Positions 1 through 9,882 are shown, counted from the first letter of the stretch. The stretch: 37,215 bases of DNA from a candidate division WOR-3 bacterium (GCA_027050205.1 JALUCS010000066.1:1-37215), one strand, 5' to 3'. A program made the numbers and translations. The notes: generated by a model not told the origin, from the sequence alone.

Positions 1-169
1 GGCCCATTTTTTTCAGAACCTTTGAAAGCATCTCACCGGTCGTAAGGCTTCCGTCCCCGGCAAGGCCGGCGATCTTTATGGCAATATCGTTCTTACGCAT
101 AAGTGGGCTATTCTAAGGCTGCCCCCGTCCCGGGGGATACCGTTTCGGTGCAACCGTAAAATCTGCACT

Positions 170-1822
170 ATGATAGACTCCTCCCTCTTCGTCATATCCA
201 TAGGGGCGATAAACTTCTGGGCGGGAAGGCACTCCACGCTACCCGTTACGGACCTGTACCTCTCCAATCCCAACTTCACCTACCTCGTGGCGGAGCGGAT
301 AACCCGACGCTGGGTAGCGTCCTCCGATACCCTCAAGCTGTCCCCCGCCTGCGCCCTCCTGACAAAGCTCTCCGGCTACAACGTACGGGCCGGGATCGTA
401 GGGGACGTCTACAGGGAGGAGGTCCTTAGCATCACCGGGGAGAATCCCCTCGGCAAGTTCGTCTTTGACCACTCCAAGCGGCTGACCAAGGGGCAGAGGG
501 ACACCCTCCAGATGATACCGGAGTACGTTCCAAGGTCCATAAACCGCATAGTCACCGCCCTCCTCCGCCTCTACGTGGCGATGGACAGGAAGGTCCCGCC
601 CAAAGGTAGGGCATACATCTGGGACAGTCTCGGCCTGAAGGAGAAGAGGGCCTTTGAAGAAAAGTACCTGAAGGAGATAAGCCCCAGAGCCTACGCCTTT
701 CAGGTGGTGTGCATCCTCTTGGACTCCCTCCGCTCGGCGGTAAGGCGGGAGGGGGGAAGGCTGAAGAGCCTGAACGTCCCGACCCCGTGGGGATACGTGG
801 TCTTCGGGGGGCCTTCAAGTGATAGTTTCCCCGACGCCCTCATCGCCGTTGATGGCGGTGGGGACGACGTGTACGGCTCGGTGGTGGTGGGCATAGACGC
901 CTCCGGGAACGACCTCTACAACGGCCCCGTTGGGTACGGCCTCTTCACCGTCTCGGCCTTCGTGGATATGGAGGGGGACGACGTCTATAAGGGCGATGGC
1001 CAGGGGGCGGGTTTCTCTGGCTTCGGCGCCCTCTTAGACCTCTCCGGGAACGACACCTACGAGGGGAAGGTCTTCGCGCAGGGGGCGGGGTACAACGGCG
1101 GGGGTGTCCTTGTTGACGTATCCGGGGACGATTCCTACTACGCGTACCAGAAGGCCCAAGGCTTCGGATGGGTTAGGGGCATAGGTATCCTCGCCGACCT
1201 CTCCGGGAACGACACCTACCGGATGGAGGACTCCCTCCTCCTCTTCCCCTCACCGCAGGATCCGAGACACAACTCCAGCCTCGGCCAGGGGATGGGCTTC
1301 GGGGAGAGGAGGGACTTCTTTGACGGTAGGTCCCTCGCCGGTGGGGTGGGGATGCTCCTTGATGGGGGAGGTGACGACCGGTACGAGGCCGGGGTCTTCG
1401 CCCAAGGGGCCGGGTACTGGTTGGGTACGGGTGTCCTGTACGACGGTGGGGGGAACGACGCCTACGCCGGGGTGTGGTACGTCCAAGGGGCCGCCGCCCA
1501 CTTCGCCGTAGGTACCCTCTTAGACGCCACCGGGAACGACGCCTATCTGGCCACCCGCTCCACCTCCCAAGGTGTGGGACACGACTTCTCCTACGGCATA
1601 CTCATAGACGGGGAGGGGAGCGACACCTACACCTGCGGGAACCTCTGTCTCGGCAGCGGGAACGCCCAAGGGGTAGGGGTCTTCTGGGACCGGGACGGGA
1701 ACCTCCGGGTAAACCTCCGCGGGAAGGGGTTGGGCTTCAGCAACCCCGCCGTAGACTCCTTGAGCATCAGGGCCGCCTTCCCCACCAAGGGTGTGGTGTG
1801 TAAGGGTAAGTCCTGCCCGTGA
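170..1822 (+). CDS. Hypothetical exported protein with tandem GxGxLxDxxGnDxY (Ca-binding beta-roll-like) repeats
   Basis: About 10 repeats such as LLDLSGNDTY, LVDVSGDDSY, LADLSGNDTY, LYDGGGNDAY, LLDATGNDAY; TAAAAT at 157-162 before the ATG. Confidence 0.7.
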   Translation: MIDSSLFVISIGAINFWAGRHSTLPVTDLYLSNPNFTYLVAERITRRWVASSDTLKLSPACALLTKLSGYNVRAGIVGDVYREEVLSITGENPLGKFVFDHSKRLTKGQRDTLQMIPEYVPRSINRIVTALLRLYVAMDRKVPPKGRAYIWDSLGLKEKRAFEEKYLKEISPRAYAFQVVCILLDSLRSAVRREGGRLKSLNVPTPWGYVVFGGPSSDSFPDALIAVDGGGDDVYGSVVVGIDASGNDLYNGPVGYGLFTVSAFVDMEGDDVYKGDGQGAGFSGFGALLDLSGNDTYEGKVFAQGAGYNGGGVLVDVSGDDSYYAYQKAQGFGWVRGIGILADLSGNDTYRMEDSLLLFPSPQDPRHNSSLGQGMGFGERRDFFDGRSLAGGVGMLLDGGGDDRYEAGVFAQGAGYWLGTGVLYDGGGNDAYAGVWYVQGAAAHFAVGTLLDATGNDAYLATRSTSQGVGHDFSYGILIDGEGSDTYTCGNLCLGSGNAQGVGVFWDRDGNLRVNLRGKGLGFSNPAVDSLSIRAAFPTKGVVCKGKSCP

Positions 1823-3346
1823 TTACCGGCGGATCAGGACCTTCCTGACCCCCTTCGCCGTCCTGACGAAGTAAACGCCCGGTTTTAGGTCTGTCCAACC
1901 CCTCCGCCGTCCGAGGACGTCGTAGAGTACCCCTCGGTCTTCCGTCGCCCCAAGGTTCTCCCTCTCCGATGTGGAGGTGGCGAGGGTGGGTACTACGAAC
2001 CACGCATCCCCTCCGCCCGTGGCTCCTACGCCCTTCCGGTAAGCTATCTTCGGCTCACCGCCCAACATAACGGCGCTGGCTACGTAGGAGGCCAAACCGG
2101 AGGAGAGGGTAATCTCGTAGGGGGTGGCGTCCAGAGAGGACCCCGGCCACGTCATCCAGGAGAGGGTGGTACTGCTGTCCGAGAGGAGGACCTCCAGTCT
2201 GTAGGTCCCGGAGCCAAGGGAGTCGTGGGCGACGGCGAGGAGGACGCGACCGGGGAGGAGGGCGACGTCGGGGGACTCGTACCGGACCATAGACGTAGAG
2301 TCAAAGAGGGTTATCATCCAAATGGTGGTGTCTATGCCCTTGTTCATCAGGACCATGTAGGAGTTGGAGGTCAGGGGCTTGCGGGTGAAGGCCATAGCAT
2401 ACGCCGGATGGAGGTACGCGACGGAGATCCTACCTACGGCGTTTCCGTAGCCGGAGGAGGCACCGAACCACCACAGGTCCAAGGAGGAGGTGTCCCCAGG
2501 GGGACCCCAGTCCGCATACATCACGTACCTGTAGCCGGGACTACCCGGTAGGGGATCGCTCCCGTCGTCTATCTCTACCCACGCAAAGTAGGCCCCAGAA
2601 CCCGCCCCGTACTTCGCCGTTCCATCAACGTTGTAGGTGAAGGTCGTCCCAGAGTTCCAGTAGGCGACGTAGGTCCAACTCGCCCCGTAGTCCGACGAAC
2701 TGAAGAATCCCAACTCCCCGCTCGTGTCCATCACTACGGCGTACGCATAACCGTTGTTCCCTCCATCCGAAGCCACTACCCCAGTCTTCGCAGCAAAACC
2801 AGAGGGCGTCACGGCTACGAAGGTGTCGCTCGTCAGGGAACACCCACTGCCCGTGTTGTACGACAGCACCACGAAGGTGCCGGGAGAGTACTCATCCGCT
2901 ACCCCTGCCTTCTGCCCAAGGGTGAAACCAACGTAGGCCCTGCCGTTCGTCGGGTTGATGCTGACCGAAGGCTCGTATATCCCCCAAGTTGAGTCAAGGG
3001 TGTATAGGGCGCCCTCGTAGTTCCAAGTCAAACCCCCGTCCGGGGAGCAGAAGATGTGGATGGAGTCCTTATGGTCTATCAGGCCGGAGGAGGAGGAATA
3101 TACGTACCACAGGTTGCCGTAGGGGTCGGTGGCCAGAGAGGGCTTGTGGTCGTAGCCGGCGTCGTGGTCGGAGCCTACGAAGGTGGAGGTCCAACCGCTG
3201 ACGGTTAGGGAGAAGGGGGAGGTATGGTGGATGGCCTTTGAGAGTGCGACGGGGATGGGACGATGGGAAACCTTCACCCCTACGACCTCTACGCCCAAAC
3301 GCTGGACATCCACGTACTGTGCCGCCAGTGATAGCACTATCAGCAT
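1823..3346 (-). CDS. Secreted BNR/Asp-box (sialidase-like propeller) protein with T9SS-like C-terminal sorting domain
   Basis: SPDGGLTW and SSDYGASW Asp-boxes; C-term YDVLGRR...LKPGVYFVR...KVLIRR. Start moved from 3553 to ATG 3346 (MLIVLSLAAQ) because TAAAAT lies 8 nt upstream. Confidence 0.75.
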   Translation of the reverse strand: MLIVLSLAAQYVDVQRLGVEVVGVKVSHRPIPVALSKAIHHTSPFSLTVSGWTSTFVGSDHDAGYDHKPSLATDPYGNLWYVYSSSSGLIDHKDSIHIFCSPDGGLTWNYEGALYTLDSTWGIYEPSVSINPTNGRAYVGFTLGQKAGVADEYSPGTFVVLSYNTGSGCSLTSDTFVAVTPSGFAAKTGVVASDGGNNGYAYAVVMDTSGELGFFSSSDYGASWTYVAYWNSGTTFTYNVDGTAKYGAGSGAYFAWVEIDDGSDPLPGSPGYRYVMYADWGPPGDTSSLDLWWFGASSGYGNAVGRISVAYLHPAYAMAFTRKPLTSNSYMVLMNKGIDTTIWMITLFDSTSMVRYESPDVALLPGRVLLAVAHDSLGSGTYRLEVLLSDSSTTLSWMTWPGSSLDATPYEITLSSGLASYVASAVMLGGEPKIAYRKGVGATGGGDAWFVVPTLATSTSERENLGATEDRGVLYDVLGRRRGWTDLKPGVYFVRTAKGVRKVLIRR

Positions 3347-3611
3347 AAGCTCTAATTTTAAAGATGGACACACCGCAACGCCGTCCCGTAGTGAAACGGC
3401 GATCCACCTCAACGTCTTTCTCAAAAACCGGCGTCTTGATGAACTAGAACCATAACTTCGTAAAACGTGAGGCGACAATTTACGAAGACCGCAATACGAC
3501 TTCATGATTTTGGAACCCGTTAGGACTCCCAAGAGTAGCACCTCCAGACCCACAGGTGAGGGAATGGTAAAGCAGTATCCTTCGGGCGGGAGCCTTCCCC
3601 GGATGCACCCT

Positions 3612-3617
3612 TAAAAT
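3612..3617 (+). promoter_or_regulatory. -10 box (TAAAAT) of leaderless nuoB transcript
   Basis: TGCACCCT-TAAAAT-8 nt-ATG, no SD. Confidence 0.65.
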
Positions 3618-3625
3618 CTCCGCCT

Positions 3626-4180
3626 ATGGCCAACAAGGTTTATTACGACGTTAAACTTTCACCGGAGGAGGAGAAGATCATCCGCGCCCACCTTGAGAGG
3701 GCCATCCTCTTCACTACGCTTGACAAGGCCGTGAATTGGGCTGTAAATTGGGGCAGGAAGCACTCCTTCTGGCCGGCCACCTTCGGGCTGGCCTGTTGTG
3801 CCATAGAGATGATGGCCGTGGCCCAGCCGCGGTTTGACATCTCCCGCCTTGGGTACGAGGTCTTCCGCGCCTCCCCGAGGCAGGCGGACCTTATGATAGT
3901 CGCCGGTACGGTGACGATGAAGATGGCCCCCGTCCTTCGCCAGATATACGACCAGATGAGTGAGCCGAAGTGGGTCATATCCATGGGGACCTGTGCCAAC
4001 ACCGGTGGGAAGTATCACAACTACGCCGTCCTACAGGGGGTGGACCAGATAGTGCCTGTGGATATCTACGTCCCCGGCTGCCCTCCGAGGCCGGAGAGCC
4101 TCATTTACGGCATCCTTGAGCTGGCCAAGAAGGTGGAGAAGGAGACGGGTAGGCACTTTAACCTCGGCCCCTACAGGTGA
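3626..4180 (+). CDS. nuoB: NADH-quinone oxidoreductase subunit B
   Basis: [43 protein letters not shown] motifs. Confidence 0.95.
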   Translation: MANKVYYDVKLSPEEEKIIRAHLERAILFTTLDKAVNWAVNWGRKHSFWPATFGLACCAIEMMAVAQPRFDISRLGYEVFRASPRQADLMIVAGTVTMKMAPVLRQIYDQMSEPKWVISMGTCANTGGKYHNYAVLQGVDQIVPVDIYVPGCPPRPESLIYGILELAKKVEKETGRHFNLGPYR

Positions 4181-4755
4181 AGATGGAGTTCAGCAGGGAA
4201 GCGAGGCTCCCCACGGAGGTGGGGGAGTTTCGTATATTCGTTGTCAGGGAGGGGGACAAGGAACACGTCGTCCTGATAAAGGACCCCCTCGTTGAGCCTG
4301 TCCTACTCCGCATACACTCCGAGTGCTTCACGGGAGACGTCCTCGGCTCCCTCCGGTGCGACTGCGGGGAGCAGCTCCACTACGCCCTGTACCGTATAGG
4401 GAAGGAGGGAGGGGTCCTTATATACCTCCGTCAGGAGGGCAGGGGCATAGGCCTCTTCAACAAGATAAACGCCTACGCCCTTCAGGACGAGGGGTACGAC
4501 ACCGTACAGGCCAACCACCAGCTCGGTTTTGAGGCCGATATGAGGAGGTACGAGATAGCCGGTAAGATCCTTGAGAGACTCGGAATCCGCCGTGTCAGGC
4601 TAATGACCAACAACCCTCACAAGGTGTGGGACCTAAGGAGGTACGGTATAGAGGTGGTTGAGAGGGTACCCATAGAGGTGGAACCCAACGAGCATAACGC
4701 CGAGTATCTCCGTACCAAAAAGCTCAAGCTCGGCCATCTCCTGCTCAAGGTGTGA
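4177..4755 (+). CDS. ribA: GTP cyclohydrolase II
   Basis: [51 protein letters not shown]. Confidence 0.95.
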   Translation: MKMEFSREARLPTEVGEFRIFVVREGDKEHVVLIKDPLVEPVLLRIHSECFTGDVLGSLRCDCGEQLHYALYRIGKEGGVLIYLRQEGRGIGLFNKINAYALQDEGYDTVQANHQLGFEADMRRYEIAGKILERLGIRRVRLMTNNPHKVWDLRRYGIEVVERVPIEVEPNEHNAEYLRTKKLKLGHLLLKV

Positions 4756-5474
4756 TGGTCATCCTCCAGCACCTCTTCTCCCTCCCCGTAGGTCCAAACG
4801 TCATGGACTTTCTGTCCTTAGGCGACACCCTCCTGTACGTGCAGATAGAGGGAGTGGTCCTATCGGCCGTAAGGACGGAAGAAGGTTGGGAGGTGGATAC
4901 CCTCCTCCTCCTCCCTCCGGGTACGAGGCGGATGTGTCGCTGCGGGGGGCTTCTCTATCTGGCTTACTTCCACAGGGTCGTAGCCTACAGGGGGGATAGC
5001 CTCACCGAGAGCTTCTACCTGCCCTTCAACATCTCTGACATCCTGTGCCGGGGAGATACCCTACTCCTCTACGACTCCCACGCCGTCTATCTAAGGCCAC
5101 CCGAAACCGCCCCCGTCGTCCTCTACCACACGGAGGACGTGATAAAGGCCGTATTCCTCCGCGGGGACACCCTCTTCCTCCTCCAGAGGAACTACCTGAT
5201 ACGCCTGACGGATACCACCGACACCCTCGTCCATTTCAAGGGGATGGCCAACCTATCCTACGCCCACCCCATTGACGGAGCCTTCGCCATCCTCTTCGGG
5301 AGCGGTGAGGTCGTCCTGTACCTACCTCCGAAAGGTAGGAGGGGACCCCGGACCCGCCTCCTGTTTGAAGGGGTCGGGAGGATGAAGGTGCGCCCCGACA
5401 CCCTCCTAATACTGGCCGGGGACACCCTGAAGGCCTACCGTGTAAAGGTAGGAAGGTGGCCATGGAGAAGGTAG
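4752..5474 (+). CDS. Hypothetical protein with repeated GDTL motifs (possible beta-propeller, exported)
   Basis: Overlaps ribA stop and queE start; periodic GDTLL/GDSL motifs. Confidence 0.6.
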   Translation: MMVILQHLFSLPVGPNVMDFLSLGDTLLYVQIEGVVLSAVRTEEGWEVDTLLLLPPGTRRMCRCGGLLYLAYFHRVVAYRGDSLTESFYLPFNISDILCRGDTLLLYDSHAVYLRPPETAPVVLYHTEDVIKAVFLRGDTLFLLQRNYLIRLTDTTDTLVHFKGMANLSYAHPIDGAFAILFGSGEVVLYLPPKGRRGPRTRLLFEGVGRMKVRPDTLLILAGDTLKAYRVKVGRWPWRR

Positions 5475-6169
5475 TCCTCTCCGAGAGGTTCTACAGCCTA
5501 CAGGGGGAAGGCCCCTTCGCCGGTACCCCCGCCCTCTTTTTGCGGGTCTTGGGATGCAACTTGAGGTGCGTCTGGTGCGACTCCCCCTACACGTGGGACA
5601 GGGAGGGGGTAAGCCGGTACGGTACCGGGGAGGTGGATAAGGGCTTTGCGTACTCGTTTCGGGATTTCTTGGATGATGCAAAAAAATACGATTTTTTTGT
5701 AATAACCGGAGGGGAACCGTTATTGTATTCAAAAATTTGGGAAAAATGGGTAAGGAATATAGAGAATGATGCGATATTCCAGTTTGAGACCAACGGTACC
5801 TTCCCCCCCATCCTCAAGGACGACCCGCGGGTGCATTTCGTCGTATCCCCCAAACTCAAGAGCAGTGGAAACCCGGACGCCCTGAAGTTGGACGTCCTGA
5901 AGGCCTACCTACCCCTGATGGAGGAGGGGAGGGCCTACCTGAAGTTCGTCGTAGCCTCACCGCGAGAGGACGAGGGGGAAATAGGGGCTTTACTTGACGC
6001 CCTGAAGGTACCTAAGAGGTTGAGGCTCCTGTCGGTATTCGTCATGCCCGAAGGGGTTGAACCTACCCTTCCCCTCGCGCGGGAGGTGGCGGAGATGGCC
6101 CTAAGGAACGGCTGGAGGTACTCCGACCGCCTACACGTCAGACTCTGGGGAAACCTCCGGGGAAGGTAG
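5456..6169 (+). CDS. queE: 7-carboxy-7-deazaguanine synthase (radical SAM)
   Basis: FYSLQGEG, CNLRCVWCD, ITGGEPLL, ETNGT, VSPKL, RLHVRLWG; start may be ATG 5462. Confidence 0.9.
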   Translation: MAMEKVVLSERFYSLQGEGPFAGTPALFLRVLGCNLRCVWCDSPYTWDREGVSRYGTGEVDKGFAYSFRDFLDDAKKYDFFVITGGEPLLYSKIWEKWVRNIENDAIFQFETNGTFPPILKDDPRVHFVVSPKLKSSGNPDALKLDVLKAYLPLMEEGRAYLKFVVASPREDEGEIGALLDALKVPKRLRLLSVFVMPEGVEPTLPLAREVAEMALRNGWRYSDRLHVRLWGNLRGR

Positions 6170-7468
6170 GTCCCCCTTACCTACGGTCCAGGCCCTCCAA
6201 CCCTCCGGCGCCCCCCTGCGGAATATCCCGACGCTATCCACGATGTAGGGCCTCCTAACCCTCTCCCTTATCCTGTCCCAGTCCAACTTGGCGAACTCCT
6301 CCCACGCCGTCAGGATGAGGACGGCATCCACACCGTCCAACGCCTCGTAGGGGTCGTTATAGACCTCAACGGCGTCCCCGAATATAGCCTTGGCGTTCTC
6401 ACCCCCCATAGGGTCGTAGGCCTTCACCCTCGCCCCCTGCTTGCTCATCCTCCTTAGGATGGGGATGGAGATGGAGTTCCGTACGTCGTCGGTGTTGGGC
6501 TTGAAGGTGAGTCCGAGGACCCCCACCGTCTTACCCGTGAAGACCCCACCGAGGGCCTCCTTCACCTTCCAGACCACCCGCCTCTTCTGGGCCTCGTTCC
6601 GCAGGTGGATGGCCTCCAAGAAGTGGGGGAAGTGGCCGTACTCCTCCGACATCCTTATCAGGGCCATCAAGTCCTTGGGAAGGCAGGGGCCGCTGTACCC
6701 CGGACCGGGGCGGAGGTAGTGGCGGCCTATCCTGGGGTCCAACCCTATGCCCTCGGCGACGTCCCAGACGTCCCCGCCCAAGGCCTCGCACACGGCTGCT
6801 ATCTCGTTTATGAAGGACACCCGCGCCGCCAGGAAGGCGTTGGAGGCGTACTTGATTATCTGGGCGTTCTTTATGCTCGTAGTCAGTTTGGGGGAGTTTA
6901 TGCCCTCGTAGAGGGACATCACCTCCTCTGCCACCTCCGGTGTGTCCGCCCCTACCACTATCCTGCTGGGGTTGAGGAAGTCGTATATCCCCGTCCCCTC
7001 CCTCAAGAACTCCGGGTTGTATGCCAGCTCGTAGTCCCTACCCCTCTCCTTACCCTCCTCCCTCATAACTTCCACCATAGCGTCCAGACTCCCCACGGGG
7101 GCCGTACTCCTGACTATGAGGATGGAGAAACCGTCCAAGGCCCTCGCTATGCTCCGGCTGGCCGACAGGAGCTGACTTAGGTCGGCGCTACCGTCGTCGT
7201 CCATAGGTGTATTCACGGCTATGAAGACGTACCTCGCCCCCTTCACCGCCTCCTCCGTACTCAACGTGAAGCGCAGCCTCCCCTCCTCCATAGCCCTCTT
7301 CAGGTAGTCCTCCAGACCCTCCTCGTAGAAGGGAGGCTCTCCCCCCTTGAGCTTCCTTATCTTACCCTCGTCCTTGTCCATCCCCACCACCTCGTGGCCG
7401 AGGGTGGCCATACCCACGGCCGTCACCAACCCAACGTAGCCCGTTCCTATTACCCCTATGCGTGCCAT
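6131..7468 (-). CDS. ugd: UDP-glucose/GDP-mannose dehydrogenase family
   Basis: GTGYVGL, NPEFLREG, KYASNAFLA, GPCLPKD, GLTFKPNTDDVRNS. Confidence 0.92.
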   Translation of the reverse strand: MARIGVIGTGYVGLVTAVGMATLGHEVVGMDKDEGKIRKLKGGEPPFYEEGLEDYLKRAMEEGRLRFTLSTEEAVKGARYVFIAVNTPMDDDGSADLSQLLSASRSIARALDGFSILIVRSTAPVGSLDAMVEVMREEGKERGRDYELAYNPEFLREGTGIYDFLNPSRIVVGADTPEVAEEVMSLYEGINSPKLTTSIKNAQIIKYASNAFLAARVSFINEIAAVCEALGGDVWDVAEGIGLDPRIGRHYLRPGPGYSGPCLPKDLMALIRMSEEYGHFPHFLEAIHLRNEAQKRRVVWKVKEALGGVFTGKTVGVLGLTFKPNTDDVRNSISIPILRRMSKQGARVKAYDPMGGENAKAIFGDAVEVYNDPYEALDGVDAVLILTAWEEFAKLDWDRIRERVRRPYIVDSVGIFRRGAPEGWRAWTVGKGDLPSPEVSPESDV

Positions 7469-7479
7469 AAGGGGCTATT

Positions 7480-8376
7480 CTACCCTTGAAGGTACTTGGG
7501 GTCCTGGGGGTGGCAGCTTATGCGGTCGGTTATCTGGTATATCAGGCCGCAGAGGACCCTCCCCGGCCCCACCTCAAGGGCCTCACCTACCCCCATCCTC
7601 ACCGCCTCCTCAACCATCTCCACGAACCGCACGGGGGAGCGGAGCTGCACTATCAGGGCCTCCTTCACCTCCTCGGCCGTCCTCGCCACCTTACCCGTGG
7701 AGTTCATTATAACGGGTACCCTCGGCTCCCCGAAGGAGACCCCCTCCAAGACCTTGGCGAACTCCTCGGCCGCCCTCTCCATCAGGGGTGAGTGGAAGGC
7801 CGCACCCACCTTCAGGGGTACGAGACGGAGCCTCCTCCCCTTACCCTTGAGGAGTTCTTTCGCCCTCCCTACCTCCTCCTCCGTCCCCGACAGGACGACC
7901 TGCTTGGGGGAGTTGTAGTTGGCTATGGTTAGGGTGGTGAAGTTCCCCTCCTTCAGAACCTCCTCCGCCACATTTCGAGCGTCCGCACCGACGACGGCCA
8001 ACATAGTGCCACTGCCCGACCTCCCCATCAGCCTCCCCCTCTCTATCACGAGGTTGAGGGCGGTAGCGAAGTCAAAGACGCCGGCGGCGTAGAGGGCGGT
8101 CAGCTCCCCAAGGCTGTGGCCGAAGACCACGTCCGGGGGCCTCTTCCGACGTAGTACCTCGTAGAGGGCGGCGGAGTATAGAAAGATGGCGGGTTGGGTG
8201 TTTATGGTGTCCTTCAGCTCCTCCTCGGAGGCCTCCAAAAGGAGACGGCTCAAGTTCAGGCCGGTTATGCTGTCGGCCAGCTTTAGGGTCTCCTCCGCCT
8301 CCGGATACCTCTCCAACAGGAGCTTACCCATACCGGAGTACTGGCTTCCCTGACCCGGAAAGGCGTACGCGAGCAT
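7480..8376 (-). CDS. fabD: Malonyl CoA-ACP transacylase
   Basis: FPGQGSQ, TQPAI, GHSLGE, AFHSPLM, EVGPG. Confidence 0.95.
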   Translation of the reverse strand: MLAYAFPGQGSQYSGMGKLLLERYPEAEETLKLADSITGLNLSRLLLEASEEELKDTINTQPAIFLYSAALYEVLRRKRPPDVVFGHSLGELTALYAAGVFDFATALNLVIERGRLMGRSGSGTMLAVVGADARNVAEEVLKEGNFTTLTIANYNSPKQVVLSGTEEEVGRAKELLKGKGRRLRLVPLKVGAAFHSPLMERAAEEFAKVLEGVSFGEPRVPVIMNSTGKVARTAEEVKEALIVQLRSPVRFVEMVEEAVRMGVGEALEVGPGRVLCGLIYQITDRISCHPQDPKYLQG

Positions 8377-8383
8377 AGGTGGG

Positions 8384-8434
8384 ATTCTACCCTCGTTATC
8401 TACCCCACACGTTCCCCCTTTGCACCCTTATAAT
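8384..8434. promoter_or_regulatory. Divergent leaderless promoters (TAGAAT for fabD, TATAAT for the LTD gene)
   Basis: ATTCTA 8384-8389 lies 7 nt from the fabD ATG; TATAAT 8429-8434 lies 8 nt from GTG 8443. Confidence 0.65.
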
Positions 8435-8442
8435 ACCCTACG

Positions 8443-8865
8443 GTGCTTTGGCTTACCGCCCTCGTCATAAACGAGGTCGCCCGCATCAACGGGGATTCGG
8501 GCTGGGTTGAGGTCTACAACGAGGGCCAGAACGTCGTAGACCTCGGACCCTACTCCGTAAGGACGGAGGCGGCCACCTACGACCTAAGCGGCGTGTTGGC
8601 GGGCGGTGAGTACAGAGTGTTCTACGTACGTTTGGGGACCTCTTCGGGTAGGGTTTCCCTCCTCCTGAACGGTGAGGTGGTGGACTCCTGTTCGTGGGTT
8701 TCCCTTCCCACCCGCGGCAGCATCGGACGGATCCCCGACGGTACGGGGGACTTCCGCGTCCTCATCCGTCCCACTCCGGGAAGATCCAACGACCTCCCCG
8801 CATCCTTGGACGAGCAGTCCTGGGGTAGGATAAAGGCCCTCTTCGGTCCGGGTAAGAGGCGTTGA
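8443..8865 (+). CDS. Lamin-tail domain (LTD) protein with C-terminal SWGRIKALF motif
   Basis: VINEV...WVEVYN...VDL, SIGRIPDG, PTPGRSN typical of LTD; TATAAT 8 nt upstream of GTG. Confidence 0.75.
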   Translation: MLWLTALVINEVARINGDSGWVEVYNEGQNVVDLGPYSVRTEAATYDLSGVLAGGEYRVFYVRLGTSSGRVSLLLNGEVVDSCSWVSLPTRGSIGRIPDGTGDFRVLIRPTPGRSNDLPASLDEQSWGRIKALFGPGKRR

Positions 8866-8868
8866 GCC

Positions 8869-9882
8869 TTGGCCTTCTGTAAGTTCTTCGGTGAATGTCC
8901 GGTATGTAAGTTTCAGGATCTCCCCTACGAGGAGTCCTTAAAGAGGAAGGCGGAGAGTGTGGAGAGGGTCCTAAGGGTACCCGTTGAAGTCGTCCCTTCC
9001 CCCAAGGATAGGGGCTACAGGGTGAGGGTGGTCCTCCATACCCGGAGACCGGAGCCGAACAACTTGATAATAGGCTACACCTTGGAGAGGGGTTTCGTAT
9101 TCGGCATAGACGGGTGTCCCCTCCTCGTACCGGCCGTCAGCTCCCTGATAAGGCGTATCAACGGCGTACTCGCGGCGGCCCCCTTGAGCGTTTGGGACGC
9201 CGAGAAGGGCAGGGGCAAGCTCGTCAGCATCACCCTCCTTGGCGATGACTTCGGCACCATCCTTAGCCTGAACCTCCGCAAACCCGTCTTCGTCAAGAAG
9301 CTAACCTTCCAGATAATGGACAGGATACCGGAGATATCGGGGGTATGGTGGTCCGTCGGGACCTTCGGGGAGCATATAACCGGTGGTAGGGGGGAACTCT
9401 TCAGGGCCTTCAGGGTGGGTAAATACACCTTCAAGGTCTCCCCCTACGGGGACTACCCGGACAACCTCTACATCCTTCCGGCGATCTGGAGGAAGATGAG
9501 GGAGGTTCTGGAGGGGAAGACCGTAGCCTTTATGACGGGACTCTACGTCCCGCCCTCCCGCGTGACCACCTACGTGGACCTACGGGGGATGCCCGTTAGG
9601 GAGTTTATGGAAACGGCGGAGGCGATGGGGATACGTCCGGACGTTGAGCAGATGGAACCGGGGGCCTTCCTGTTCCTGCTCAAGTCCCAGTACGACTTCG
9701 TGGTCGTCCATGCCGACCGCGTTGGCAACGGGGAAGTCTTGCAAGCCGGCCGGAGGGCGGTTATAATCGGTAAGGATCCAAAGAGGATAGTGGAGATGGT
9801 CGGAGGGAAGAAACCCTCATCGGCCTACGTCTTTGACACCCTCCCCTACACGGGAGACCTCCTCGTAATGGCGGTCTTTTAA
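8869..9882 (+). CDS. Divergent RlmD/TrmA-like (m5U methyltransferase fold) protein, catalytic motifs lost
   Basis: CxxFGxCxxC-Q-L-Y Fe-S motif, GYR, IDGCPL, C-term FDTLPYT; SAM and catalytic motifs degenerate. Confidence 0.65.
   Translation: MAFCKFFGECPVCKFQDLPYEESLKRKAESVERVLRVPVEVVPSPKDRGYRVRVVLHTRRPEPNNLIIGYTLERGFVFGIDGCPLLVPAVSSLIRRINGVLAAAPLSVWDAEKGRGKLVSITLLGDDFGTILSLNLRKPVFVKKLTFQIMDRIPEISGVWWSVGTFGEHITGGRGELFRAFRVGKYTFKVSPYGDYPDNLYILPAIWRKMREVLEGKTVAFMTGLYVPPSRVTTYVDLRGMPVREFMETAEAMGIRPDVEQMEPGAFLFLLKSQYDFVVVHADRVGNGEVLQAGRRAVIIGKDPKRIVEMVGGKKPSSAYVFDTLPYTGDLLVMAVF

Noticed and set aside
3347..3553. 69-aa N-terminal extension of the 1823 ORF
   Set aside because: Atypical composition; a -10 box and hydrophobic N-terminus mark ATG 3346
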